Made by a program: the position numbers and the translations under genes
Notes under the pieces: model-generated
What the model was told of the DNA's origin: nothing
Database searches by the model: none
What the model saw: only the letters and a program-made list of their open reading frames with translations
Assembly (NCBI GenBank): GCA_009103225.1
Contig: RHPI01002601.1
Location: 1 to 7,063 of the forward strand
Direction: 5' to 3'
DNA: 7,063 nt
From: Chlorokybus atmophyticus
Taxonomy: Eukaryota > Plantae > Mesostigma and Chlorokybus algae
Shown here: piece by piece, positions 6,565 through 7,063 of the stretch
Numbering within the stretch: position 1 is the stretch's first letter
Layout of the letters: the number at the start of each line of letters is the position of its first letter

Positions 6565-7063
6565 AGTGCATGCCTTGATTTCAGCCGTCGCATAACATCA
6601 TCAATGGGTCGTCGTCGGCGCTGCCACACTTCTCGCATCGGGTGCTGCGCAGCGGACGCGGGTGCTGGATCTTGGTGAAGCCAGCAATGTAGGGGAGATG
6701 ACAGGGCGCACAGTTGACCATGTTGTCCTTCATGCGCTCGCCTCGTTGTCCCAACAGGTCCAGTACCCCTGTGGGGTGCACCTTCAATACCTTGTAGACA
6801 GCACGCCCGACGGAGGTATCGAGGGTGTCGCGTGTAGACGCCATACGGTAGACGAAGTCTCCTAACTCGAAGCGGCGCTCCCGCTCCTTGTAGAAACCAC
6901 TGCGCACACGCTCGTAACGCATCGTGTCGCGGTGCTGCGCGATGCGCAGGTTGTTGAAAGCCATGGGGACTGTGTGTTCGAACAGCGCACTGCGCACTGT
7001 CAGATCATACAACATCTCGTCGGGGTTGTCGAGATTGTCCACCACTCTGTCGACCTCCTGCTG
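6560..7063 (-). pseudogene. Disrupted C-terminus of a Ty3/gypsy (REM1/Chlamyvir-like) integrase with SH3-like region and half a PHD finger, open at the window's right edge
   Basis: Frame is open from 7063: QQEVDRVVDNL...NLRIAQHRDTMRY...RFELGDFVY...VYKVLKVHPTGVLDL...NCAPCHLP...CEKCGSADDDPLMMLCDG*NQGMHCY, then the copia LTR. F-x-x-GD-x-V is typical of post-catalytic gypsy integrase. The family assignment is from recalled similarity, not a search. Confidence 0.78.

Noticed and set aside
6662-6865. 67-aa plus-strand ORF
   Set aside because: It is antisense to the integrase-like frame and has no motif.
6581-7045. Complete 154-aa cellular gene, or an ORF carried by the copia element
   Set aside because: The start is an internal GTG, the frame is open to the window edge, and it lies outside the LTR.

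Overview
Eukaryotic transposon window, most likely from a green alga (inferred from TGTAA motifs in the LTRs, a half-tRNA-type PBS and a REM1/Chlamyvir-like neighbour). It holds a head-to-tail tandem of a compact Ty1/copia LTR retrotransposon with a 4481-bp period. The 3' part of copy A (1-1656, RT-RNase H) is followed by a single shared LTR (1657-2080), then a complete copy B with PBS, one uninterrupted gag-PR-IN-RT-RH ORF (2208-6095), PPT and 3' LTR (6138-6559). The array is inserted in the opposite orientation into the C-terminus of a Ty3/gypsy-type integrase (minus strand, 6560-7063). It cuts that protein's PHD finger in the middle of the His-x-x-Cys motif, and the finger also has an in-frame TGA where its fourth Cys should be. 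All comparisons and counts were done by eye.
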